Of a DNA stretch of 64,000 nt, positions 9,600 to 18,056 are shown piece by piece. Under the pieces are notes generated by a model. The model was not told the DNA's origin. It searched no databases and saw only the letters and a list, made by a program, of their open reading frames with translations. Within the stretch, counting starts at the first letter, position 1. Each line of letters begins with the position of its first letter. Position numbers and translations under genes: made by a program. Source of the DNA: a bacterium (GTDB lineage: Bacteria > Zhuqueibacterota > Zhuqueibacteria > Residuimicrobiales > Krinioviventaceae); NCBI GenBank assembly GCA_963674595.2, contig CAXXFV010000008.1, forward strand, positions 160,001 to 224,000, written 5' to 3'.

Positions 9600-11156
9600 T
9601 TAATCGATTCCTTTTTTAATCTGTTCCATACGGCCCATGGGCACAGAAATGCGTTCCCGCCATTCCTGAAATAATGGAATATCTTTTGTTATAAATCCGG
9701 TTTGTTCTTTACGTTTGTTTGTAAGAGTATAAATTATAAATTTGAAACCGGCGGTAATTGATCGCCAGCCTTCTTTAGGAGAACGGAAAGCCTGGGCCAG
9801 TTTATAAAAAATGTATCTGGGCCTGAAATGGAATTTTTTAAATGCCTGTTCGCAGAATAATTCGATCTGGTCGGGAGACAAACCAGGCAGGTTAATGACA
9901 CAGCGGTGCCCGCCTTCATCGTTTAACCATTCATCAAAATTTTCTGTTGCCAGATAACCGTTGGTTTTATAATAGGCAAAAGCCCCGGTGCCGGGGTAGG
10001 GCATAACCGGATAAAACTGTGCGCTGTCCGGCTTTATTTTTTTTGCCAGTGCCAGGGTTTTTTGCATGGTTTCTTTGGTTTCTCCGGGAAAACCTACCAT
10101 AAAACATCCGTGCACCAAAAGTCCGAGTTGGTGAGCATTTTGAACAAATTTTGCCTGTATGGCCGTGTTTTGTCCTTTTCGCATGTTGCGTAAAATGATG
10201 TCATCACCGGATTCAAATCCGACGGCACAATTTCTTAATCCGGCCTCTTTGAGAGCCTTTAATGTTTCAAAATCAACAGTGGTCCTTAGATTGGCAAAAA
10301 AGGGCAGCTTTACATTTTTTTGTTTTACCAACTCTGCAAAATCCCTGGCAAACTGACGGTCGGCAGCAAAATTGTCATCTTCAAAAGTAATCTCTTTTAT
10401 TTCCGGCATGTTTTGCTGGACCCATAACATTTCGTCAACAATATTTTCCGCACTGCGATGACGATAGGCATGTCCGTGAACAACCTGCGGGTAGACACAG
10501 TAAAAGCAAACAGAGTTGCAGCCTCGTCCGCCAATGAGCATAACCATCGGCTGATAAGAGAGGTTGAAATAATAATCTTCGGGATTTAAAAAGCGTTTGT
10601 ATATCGGTGAAATCCAGGGGAGTTCGTCGAGGTTTTCTATTAAAGGACGATTGGGTGTACGCAAAATTTGGTCATTTGTACGATAAGCAAGACCCTGAAC
10701 GTTTTCAAGATTTTTGCTGTTTTGCAATGCATCCGCGAGTTCGGCAATCGTATAGTCATATTCACCAATGGCAACAAAATCAATTTCCGGCTGCCGTTCC
10801 AGTGTTTCCTGCCACATGGCGGTCACATGCGTTCCAACCATACAAATGTGGGAGATGTTTGCCGTGTTTTTCAGTTCGGCCGCGATACGGCAGTCCGAAT
10901 ACCAGCTCGCAGTTACAGATTCAATGATAACAAGGTCCGGATTGAATTTTTTAACAGCCTCTTTCAAATCATCCAAATTTTTACCGCTTGCCGGGCAGTC
11001 GACCAGATCAATGGCATGCCCATGTTTTTCCGCAAGCGCAGCGGCCTGGGCCAGCCAGTATGGATAATACATGGTACCTGATTTAATAATTCCCGGACTG
11101 CGCTGGGCCCGACTAAACCGTCCTAAATAGGGGGGATTTATAAACTGAATCCGCAC
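9600..11156 (-). CDS. Cobalamin-binding radical SAM protein (HpnJ/BchE-like class)
   Basis: N-terminal B12-binding-like domain (YYPYWLAQAAA...MVGTHVTA...GEYDYT), GRGCNSVCFYC (CX3CX2C), FEDDNF, GFESG, HGCFMVGFPGET, PYPGT. Confidence 0.9.
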   Translation of the reverse strand: MRIQFINPPYLGRFSRAQRSPGIIKSGTMYYPYWLAQAAALAEKHGHAIDLVDCPASGKNLDDLKEAVKKFNPDLVIIESVTASWYSDCRIAAELKNTANISHICMVGTHVTAMWQETLERQPEIDFVAIGEYDYTIAELADALQNSKNLENVQGLAYRTNDQILRTPNRPLIENLDELPWISPIYKRFLNPEDYYFNLSYQPMVMLIGGRGCNSVCFYCVYPQVVHGHAYRHRSAENIVDEMLWVQQNMPEIKEITFEDDNFAADRQFARDFAELVKQKNVKLPFFANLRTTVDFETLKALKEAGLRNCAVGFESGDDIILRNMRKGQNTAIQAKFVQNAHQLGLLVHGCFMVGFPGETKETMQKTLALAKKIKPDSAQFYPVMPYPGTGAFAYYKTNGYLATENFDEWLNDEGGHRCVINLPGLSPDQIELFCEQAFKKFHFRPRYIFYKLAQAFRSPKEGWRSITAGFKFIIYTLTNKRKEQTGFITKDIPLFQEWRERISVPMGRMEQIKKGID

Positions 11157-11165
11157 ATCGTTCTC

Positions 11166-12383
11166 CTACATGAATTTCACGTCTGATAAAAACAAATCAC
11201 AGCATCTGTAACAACTGGGGAGGAGCTTTCTTTTCTTTAATTCCAGACGGAATTTTCTGTACCGTTCTCCGTTCCAGATATCCATTAGATTGGTGTCGTT
11301 TATATTTCCGGCAATATAATCCGGAAAGTCCGGGCACGGCGTTACATCGCCGTTCGGCAGAATATAGGTTTTAACATATATGGAATAACAGGTATCGTGC
11401 CCGAATGTTTCATAAATGTTTTCATAATAAGTTGATACCTGTTCCGGTTTGATATAGGGTGACATGGAAACCGGCAAATCACCCGGATTATTTTGAAATT
11501 TTATCAGTTCGTTTTTAATACCTTCAAACTTGCTTCGTTTTTCCGGGTCCAGAATAACATCTGTTTCATAGGGAATCCATGACAGTGCTTCCGTATCAAA
11601 CACATTTTTCATAAGTTTTTGATAGGCTGTTCCGGTTTGTTTGGTGGTAAACCAGGTCCAGTTAAAATTCAAACTGTCTGCGCCAAGCTCTTTGGCAATG
11701 TCTGTGAGACTGTAAATATATTCAAAATTATAAGGACTGATTGTTCCCCGAACACGAATGATGGGGAATTTGCGGCCTTTTTGTTTTTTTTCAGTATCAA
11801 TTGCCACAATACCTTTTTTGATCAGATCGAATGTTCCTTTTAAACCACGGACCTGATCATGCACGTGCGGTGGACCGTCAATTGAAATAATTAAATCATC
11901 GAGGCCGGATTCAACAATTTCTTTGGCATATTTTTTCAGATAAAGTCCGTTGGTATTTACCTGACAAGTGATTTTTCTGCTTTTGGCGTGCTCAATTAAC
12001 TCATGAATCGGTTGATACATAAACGGTTCGCCGCCCCATAAATACAAATTGGGCCGATAGTGGCTGATCTGGTTTATGGTTTCTTTGTATCGATCAACAG
12101 AAACAGTCTGTTTGAAAAACGATGGCGGTGCATATTTCGCATCACCTTCTTTATGACCTTCGCGGGGTTGACCGCACATTTTACAGCGAAGGTTACAGGC
12201 ATTTGTCAATTTTATACCAACCGTACTGGGTGGACTGGCATAGCCGTTTTTGAAACGGAAATCCCATTTAGCTGTAACCTGATTACGTAGAGTAATTTTT
12301 GCTTTATTTATCGCCAGTCTTGGATTTTTAAGTGATAACCTGGCGAGTTTTTTTACAGTTCTCATACTTGTCCTCTGGGTCAA
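11166..12383 (-). CDS. Radical SAM protein with C-terminal SPASM/twitch domain
   Basis: TNACNLRCKMC, WGGEPF, NTNG, ISIDG; C-terminal CYSIY...NGDVTPC...GNIN...IWNGERY...CYRCC. Confidence 0.9.
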   Translation of the reverse strand: MTQRTSMRTVKKLARLSLKNPRLAINKAKITLRNQVTAKWDFRFKNGYASPPSTVGIKLTNACNLRCKMCGQPREGHKEGDAKYAPPSFFKQTVSVDRYKETINQISHYRPNLYLWGGEPFMYQPIHELIEHAKSRKITCQVNTNGLYLKKYAKEIVESGLDDLIISIDGPPHVHDQVRGLKGTFDLIKKGIVAIDTEKKQKGRKFPIIRVRGTISPYNFEYIYSLTDIAKELGADSLNFNWTWFTTKQTGTAYQKLMKNVFDTEALSWIPYETDVILDPEKRSKFEGIKNELIKFQNNPGDLPVSMSPYIKPEQVSTYYENIYETFGHDTCYSIYVKTYILPNGDVTPCPDFPDYIAGNINDTNLMDIWNGERYRKFRLELKKRKLLPSCYRCCDLFLSDVKFM

Positions 12384-12456
12384 ATATCAAAAAACGAATC
12401 TGCATTTTGATAAATATCAGTCAAAGATTTTGTTTAATTTATTAGAATGTGTATTT

Positions 12457-12816
12457 TTAGCACCCGCAGGAAGAGCCACATCCACATCCGCAACTATCCT
12501 GGACATTTGGATTTTCAAAGGTAAATCCACCTTCGTTTTCGCCCTGATAAAAATCCATTGATGCCCCGGTTAAAAAAGGTACGGATGCATTGTCCACGAC
12601 GACGGAAATACCATCGATTTCATAATTATGGTCAGAATCGTTTTTGTTATTATCAAATGACAACATATATTGAAAGCCTGAGCAACCACCAGGAACCGCG
12701 CCGATTCTCAAATAAACCGGTTTGTTCTCTTCCTGGTCTAACAATTTTTTAATTTCCACAATTGCTTTGGGCTTTATTGCTATTACCTGTTCCGGGACCT
12801 GTGAATTTTCAGACAT
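12457..12816 (-). CDS. iscA: A-type Fe-S cluster carrier (IscA/ErpA/HesB family) with an extended Cys-rich tail
   Basis: LRIGAVPGGCSGFQY, GGFTFENPN, C-terminal SCGCGCGSSCGC. Confidence 0.88.
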   Translation of the reverse strand: MSENSQVPEQVIAIKPKAIVEIKKLLDQEENKPVYLRIGAVPGGCSGFQYMLSFDNNKNDSDHNYEIDGISVVVDNASVPFLTGASMDFYQGENEGGFTFENPNVQDSCGCGCGSSCGC

Positions 12817-12874
12817 ATTGACCTCTGGTTTTCTATTTAGTCGTTAAATTTTTGAAATTGCAGTTTAGAAATAT

Positions 12875-12903
12875 AATGTAAACATATTCAACAAATAAGA
12901 CAA
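12875..12903 (-). promoter_or_regulatory. Candidate sigma70 promoter for the iscA / radical SAM operon
   Basis: TTGTCT-N17-TACATT on the minus strand, about 60 bp upstream of the ATG. Confidence 0.4.
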
Positions 12904-12950
12904 ATTATTATTCCTGCCGGGGTATAGAATTTACTAAATTATCGTACAGC

Positions 12951-12979
12951 TTGATTTTCGTTTGAGAATTGTTTAACTT
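12951..12979 (+). promoter_or_regulatory. Candidate sigma70 promoter for the rsmF-like gene
   Basis: TTGATT-N17-TAACTT. Confidence 0.4.
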
Positions 12980-13005
12980 TATTGTTTGAAAAATTATAGG
13001 TTAAT

Positions 13006-14421
13006 ATGACAAATTCTATTGATACTGAATTAGAAAATTATTTATCTGATTTTTTTAAAGGCGATGTGCAGGCCTTTTATGATTCCTCTCTTGAGGCCAC
13101 GGCTGTTCGCGTTAATACTCTAAAAATTTCAAAACCGGATTTTATTAAAAAACTGGAAGGCTGGAACACTCTATTTTATTCTCATCCTTTTAATCCGACC
13201 GGTTTAATTTTGGACGATGAGCCGGTTCCCTTGAGTCATACTTTATCGTTTTTTACAGGTGAATTTACCTATCAGGGTATATCTTCGCAATTACCGGTAT
13301 TGGCCCTGGACCCGCAGCCGGGTGAAACAGTGCTGGATTTGGCGGCATCGCCTGGGTCCAAATCCACCCAAATAGCGGCCCACATGCAGAATAAAGGCAG
13401 GCTGGTCCTTGTTGATCCTTCGCTAAAACGTCAGCAATCTTTATTGGCGAATTTGGCGCGAATGGGCACTTTGAATGACATTGTTTTAAAAATGCCCGGT
13501 CAACAAATTGGCCGAAGGTATTTCGAGTTTTTTGACAGAGCGCTGGTCGATGCTCCCTGCTCTGCATTAAGCAAACTTCCCGGACAAATGGACCGGGGAA
13601 AAAAGTGGTCTTTTAATAATGTTAAAAAACTGATCAATATTCAATATCCGCTTTTGGTCTCTGCCATTAAAGCTGTAAAACCGGGAGGGACGCTTGTTTA
13701 TTCTACCTGCACACTTACCGTTGAGGAAAATGAGCAGCTTGTGGATTATGTATTAAAAAAGTATCCGGTGGAGGTTGTTGATATACAAAAGTGGGACCAT
13801 CCTAATATTTCAGATGGATTTGTTCAGTATTATACAAAAAACTTTGATCCGTCATTGGCAAAAGCAAAACGAATCCTGCCGGGTAAATACCCGATGGACG
13901 CTTTTTTTATCGTTAAACTGAGAAAAACTGATTCCATACCGGCACCGAAATACCCGCCTGTTGTAAATAAAATCCCATTAAAAAGGTATGATGATCCCGA
14001 AATACGACCGGTTTTACAATATATTTGTGATCGCTGGGGCATTGATTTGTCTGTTTTGAAACCTTATCATTACAATCTCACCCAGAAAAAACTTTGGTTG
14101 GTGCAAAACAGTTGGGAGTCTATTCCCATGGATGATTTGGTTAAAGCCGGATTAAATTTAGCCTACAAACGCGGTATAAGCTGGAAGTTGTCTAATTCCA
14201 GTGTACAGTTTTTAAAAAACAGCATTACAAAAAATATCATTTCATTGGATGATAAGCAAATGACCGAGCTTTTCTTTGCCGGCAAAATCAAATACCAGGT
14301 ACCCAACGAGGGATATTATGTTCTTAATTATGATAATGAAAATATTGCATCAATTTCTGTGGTTAACGGTATATTAAAAACGGATCGTCCTCATGTTTTT
14401 AAATTGACCCTTACAGGATGA
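13006..14421 (+). CDS. RsmF/RsmB (NOL1/NOP2/Sun) RNA cytosine-C5 methyltransferase
   Basis: VLDLAASPGSKSTQI, LVDAPCS, GTLVYSTCTL...EENE; C-terminal PUA-like extension. Confidence 0.9.
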   Translation: MTNSIDTELENYLSDFFKGDVQAFYDSSLEATAVRVNTLKISKPDFIKKLEGWNTLFYSHPFNPTGLILDDEPVPLSHTLSFFTGEFTYQGISSQLPVLALDPQPGETVLDLAASPGSKSTQIAAHMQNKGRLVLVDPSLKRQQSLLANLARMGTLNDIVLKMPGQQIGRRYFEFFDRALVDAPCSALSKLPGQMDRGKKWSFNNVKKLINIQYPLLVSAIKAVKPGGTLVYSTCTLTVEENEQLVDYVLKKYPVEVVDIQKWDHPNISDGFVQYYTKNFDPSLAKAKRILPGKYPMDAFFIVKLRKTDSIPAPKYPPVVNKIPLKRYDDPEIRPVLQYICDRWGIDLSVLKPYHYNLTQKKLWLVQNSWESIPMDDLVKAGLNLAYKRGISWKLSNSSVQFLKNSITKNIISLDDKQMTELFFAGKIKYQVPNEGYYVLNYDNENIASISVVNGILKTDRPHVFKLTLTG

Positions 14422-14506
14422 TATTTAAGGAAATAACTGTTTTATTTTAATATTAAATTTTTGTATCTTTTATTTTATAGGAAATCAAGTATAGAGGATA
14501 TTTATA

Positions 14507-15559
14507 ATGATACAGGCAGATTCTGTAAAAAGTATGTATGACAAGATGAAGGAAAAACTGGCCAAGTTTGTTCCTGAAGCGGAAATGAAAATAAAAGCGG
14601 AAATTGCTTTTGAAATAAATCAGCTAAAAAAGGAAAAAAATGCTGTAATTTTGGGACATAATTATATGGAACCGGCGCTTTACCATACGGTGCCTGATTA
14701 TGTTGGTGATTCTTTGGAGCTTTCACGTAAAGCCGCAACAACCGATAAAGATATTATTGTTTTTTGTGGTGTACGTTTTATGGGTGAAACAGCGAAAATC
14801 CTGAGTCCTGAAAAGACGGTTTTGGTCCCGTCACCAAAAGCCGGTTGCTCTTTAGCGGAAAGCATTACGGCTGAAGACGTACGGCAGTTAAAACAACAGT
14901 TCCCCGGTGTGCCTGTTGTTACCTATATTAATACCTATGCCGATGTTAAGGCCGAAACAGATATATGCTGTACGTCGGGAAATGCCGTAAAAGTCGTTGA
15001 ATCATTGGACGCGGATGCGATTATTTTTTTACCGGATGAATTTTTAGCCGGCAACGTCGCTCAGGAAACCGGTAAGAAAATTATCTTCCCGACAAAAAAT
15101 CCGGCCAAAGTTAAAGAACAAACACCTGGCGTGGATTATCAGCTTATCGGATGGAAGGGCCGTTGTGAAGTACATGAACAGTTTACCGTACAGGATATTG
15201 AGAATGTTCGGAAACAATTCCCGGACACAGTTGTTTTAGCCCATCCGGAATGTCCGCCGGATGTTACTGCCGCAGCAGATTATTCCGGCAGTACATCTGC
15301 AATGATAAAATATGTGCAAGACTCAAATGCCCCGCGTTATCTTTTATTAACGGAATGTGCTATGGGCGATAATATAGCTGCTGAAAATAAAGACAAAGAA
15401 ATGCTGCGTTTATGCAGTATTCGATGTCCGCACATGAATGAAATTACGTTGGAAATGACGTTGGATGCATTAAAAAAGAACCAATATATTATTGAAGTAC
15501 CGGAAGAGATTAGAATACGTGCATTAAAATCAGTTAATCGTATGCTGGAGATTGGCTAA
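14507..15559 (+). CDS. nadA: Quinolinate synthase
   Basis: ILGHNYM, GDSLELS, FCGVRFMGETAKILSP, AGCSLA, YINT, CTSGNA, LAHPEC, CPHMNEIT. Confidence 0.96.
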   Translation: MIQADSVKSMYDKMKEKLAKFVPEAEMKIKAEIAFEINQLKKEKNAVILGHNYMEPALYHTVPDYVGDSLELSRKAATTDKDIIVFCGVRFMGETAKILSPEKTVLVPSPKAGCSLAESITAEDVRQLKQQFPGVPVVTYINTYADVKAETDICCTSGNAVKVVESLDADAIIFLPDEFLAGNVAQETGKKIIFPTKNPAKVKEQTPGVDYQLIGWKGRCEVHEQFTVQDIENVRKQFPDTVVLAHPECPPDVTAAADYSGSTSAMIKYVQDSNAPRYLLLTECAMGDNIAAENKDKEMLRLCSIRCPHMNEITLEMTLDALKKNQYIIEVPEEIRIRALKSVNRMLEIG

Positions 15560-16716
15560 AAAAGATTGCCAAAACTGGTATAAATGCCGAAATCTCTGTA
15601 GCGTGAACGCCCGATATCCAGAGAAGCGACAAAATCTTTTTTCCATTTTATGTGAAAACCCAAACCTTGAGTAAAGGTGAGGTTTTTAAGTGATTTGGAT
15701 TGATCTTTTGTCCAGACCCGTCCTGCATCAACAAAACCGTGCAGGTAGAATGTCAGATTCTGTTTCAATATGACCGTTTTTTTGACTTTAAATCGAAGTT
15801 CCATGTTGGCAATGAATTTATCCGGTCCTACAAATAAAAAGCGTGGAACGCCGCGCAAACTATAAGCGCCTCCTAATCCTTCACGCCGCATATAAGACCC
15901 GCTAATAACAGTCATCTCGTAAAATGGCGGGTTTCCAGGCATGGTTTCATATATTAACCGTTGTGCATAGACAAGACGTGGATGTAGTGCAAAGTACCGC
16001 CGGTAAGTGAGTGTTAAACGACTGTAATTAAAATCGCTGCCAAACAATGGTGCTGCCCGTTCAAAGATAATTTCACTCCAGTAACCGGATGTGGTAATAG
16101 CTTCATTGTCACGTCTGTCCAAAACCAGTCCCATTCGAGCATAGCCCGTATAACCGCCGTCAAGGCCGAACGGTAATATTTCCTTAAATCGGGACGGACT
16201 GTCATGCTGTGCGATGGTGGTGTAATATAATCCATAGCCGGTTAATGCTTTAAGGCCTTTTTTTAGACGCAACGGATATTGAAAATTAGCCATGATGGCT
16301 TTCCATTTGTGCTGGTAGGTATAATAATATTCATCAATATAATCCGGACTGTCAGGTTCTTTTAGTCCCCGATTGTAAACAATATCGTTGCCAATACCGT
16401 AAAAATCGTCATAAACGAGTTTTCGATATTCCATATAGAGGTCAAAACGAGTATCCGGGCCTAAAATATGAGGAACATCCAGGAAAAGAAATAAATCAAC
16501 ACGGTTTTTTGTGGATTGTGTCAGGTTGAAAGAAACGGTGTATTCATAAGGATTTTTATCACCTTTGCCATATTGATACATAAAAAGCCGACCGCCATAG
16601 CTCAGCCCCTCACCGGAACTGTAAGACATGGTGGGTAACCCGGCAAATGTTATTCCTGTTGGCGGCTCCTGGGCAAATAGTGAAAAAGGAAGGATTAGTA
16701 ATAAAAAATATTTCAA
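15556..16716 (-). CDS. Omp85/BamA-TamA superfamily outer-membrane beta-barrel lacking POTRA domains
   Basis: Sec signal peptide; DRRDNEAITTSG, LGGAYSLRG, ANMELRF, GFVDAGRVW; C-terminal Phe (FGNLF). Confidence 0.8.
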   Translation of the reverse strand: MKYFLLLILPFSLFAQEPPTGITFAGLPTMSYSSGEGLSYGGRLFMYQYGKGDKNPYEYTVSFNLTQSTKNRVDLFLFLDVPHILGPDTRFDLYMEYRKLVYDDFYGIGNDIVYNRGLKEPDSPDYIDEYYYTYQHKWKAIMANFQYPLRLKKGLKALTGYGLYYTTIAQHDSPSRFKEILPFGLDGGYTGYARMGLVLDRRDNEAITTSGYWSEIIFERAAPLFGSDFNYSRLTLTYRRYFALHPRLVYAQRLIYETMPGNPPFYEMTVISGSYMRREGLGGAYSLRGVPRFLFVGPDKFIANMELRFKVKKTVILKQNLTFYLHGFVDAGRVWTKDQSKSLKNLTFTQGLGFHIKWKKDFVASLDIGRSRYRDFGIYTSFGNLF

Positions 16717-17091
16717 ATGTTACCTCATAATTTTTGTGAAAAAAAATACGGATTATTTTTTTAAAATCGTAACAAAAAGTTTATTATTTTTATTAAATAT
16801 AGAAATTTGTTATTAAAATGAAAATTTAGTAATCATCATTTGAATTGTGAACATAATTACAATTACATGAGACCATACTACCAGTCTACTGATTTATTCG
16901 ATATACCTTTGCTTGCGACGAAAAATTCAAGTAATTTTAATTATTAAATAGACAATTAGGGATTATCGTGTCAATGTTACCGGCTTTTTACAATGAAAGG
17001 CACATATCACTATTAAACCAAATAATGACAACGATAATTTTTAATAAATAAAAGATTAACCATTTTTGATCTATAGAAAAGAGTCAGCGTT

Positions 17092-17904
17092 ATGAAACCT
17101 TTAGAACGACAAAAGAGCATTTTAAATTTGTTGAGAATTTTACATCGTGAATGGACCGTTGCAGAACTTGCACAAGAGTTTGATATATCGGAATTGACAA
17201 TCCGTAGAGATTTAACAGAATTAGCCGAAAGAGGGGATATTATTCGGACCCACGGAGGTTGTGTTGCTTTTGGTGACGGAGCCCTGAGTACTGTTTTTTA
17301 CAAACAGTTTGAACAGTCGTTTGAGGAAAAAAGAGAAATCGGCAAAGAGGCAACGCGGTTGATTAAACCTGGTGATACTATTCTTCTCGGTGATGGATCC
17401 ACTACATTTCAATTCGCTTCGCAATTGGAAAAATGTCCTCCAATTACAGTTTATACAAATAATATAGCAGCCATACAGCAATTGAAAATGGTACCAAATA
17501 TACGACTTTATCTTTTAGGCGGAGAATATGGTCATCAGTATAATATGCTGTATCTGAAAGGCAGCCTTTCTGATCGTATTTTAGAGACACTTCATTTTAA
17601 TCTTATCATTATCGGCACTGATGCTATAAATGATCAGGGCGAATGTTTGTCCTATAATGAAGAAGTGGCGCGTACCAATCAGCTCCTTTTGCGTCGCGGC
17701 GATAGAAAAATATTGTTGGCCGATCATGGAAAAATAAAAATTTCTGCGAATGTTATCTATGGAAAACTTGATGATTTCGATTTGTGGATTACTTCGCCCG
17801 GTATAGACCAGGAGCGATTAAATGTTTTTAAAAAACAGACAAAAATATCCGTTGTTAATGTTGAGAAGAAAAAGAATGAAAAGTTTCACCATCTTTTTGC
17901 CTAA
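17092..17904 (+). CDS. DeoR/GlpR family transcriptional regulator
   Basis: HTH ISELTIRRDLTEL...RTHGG; sensor domain EEKREIG, LGDGSTT, LLADHGK. Confidence 0.92.
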   Translation: MKPLERQKSILNLLRILHREWTVAELAQEFDISELTIRRDLTELAERGDIIRTHGGCVAFGDGALSTVFYKQFEQSFEEKREIGKEATRLIKPGDTILLGDGSTTFQFASQLEKCPPITVYTNNIAAIQQLKMVPNIRLYLLGGEYGHQYNMLYLKGSLSDRILETLHFNLIIIGTDAINDQGECLSYNEEVARTNQLLLRRGDRKILLADHGKIKISANVIYGKLDDFDLWITSPGIDQERLNVFKKQTKISVVNVEKKKNEKFHHLFA

Positions 17905-17986
17905 ATTATATCAGATTGACAATGGGACAAACGGAGATAAAATTAAAAAAACTATTTTGTCCTGAACGGTCTCTCAGAAAATACAC

Positions 17987-18015
17987 TTGATTTGATCACT
18001 GAAATTAGTTACAAT
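17987..18015 (+). promoter_or_regulatory. Candidate sigma70 promoter for the GWxTD gene cluster
   Basis: TTGATT-N17-TACAAT. Confidence 0.5.
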
Positions 18016-18056
18016 TATACAGTCGTGTGTACTGTGATTTGTACAAATAGAATTCA

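Noticed and set aside
12384-13005. RiPP precursor peptide for the SPASM/twitch enzyme
   Set aside because: No small ORF with an RBS in the flanking intergenic DNA, and no RRE/PqqD, peptidase or exporter nearby.
16858-16950. Micro-ORF MRPYYQSTDLF... and a GAGACCA word shared with the region near 3705
   Set aside because: No RBS, and the match is short enough to occur by chance in AT-rich DNA.
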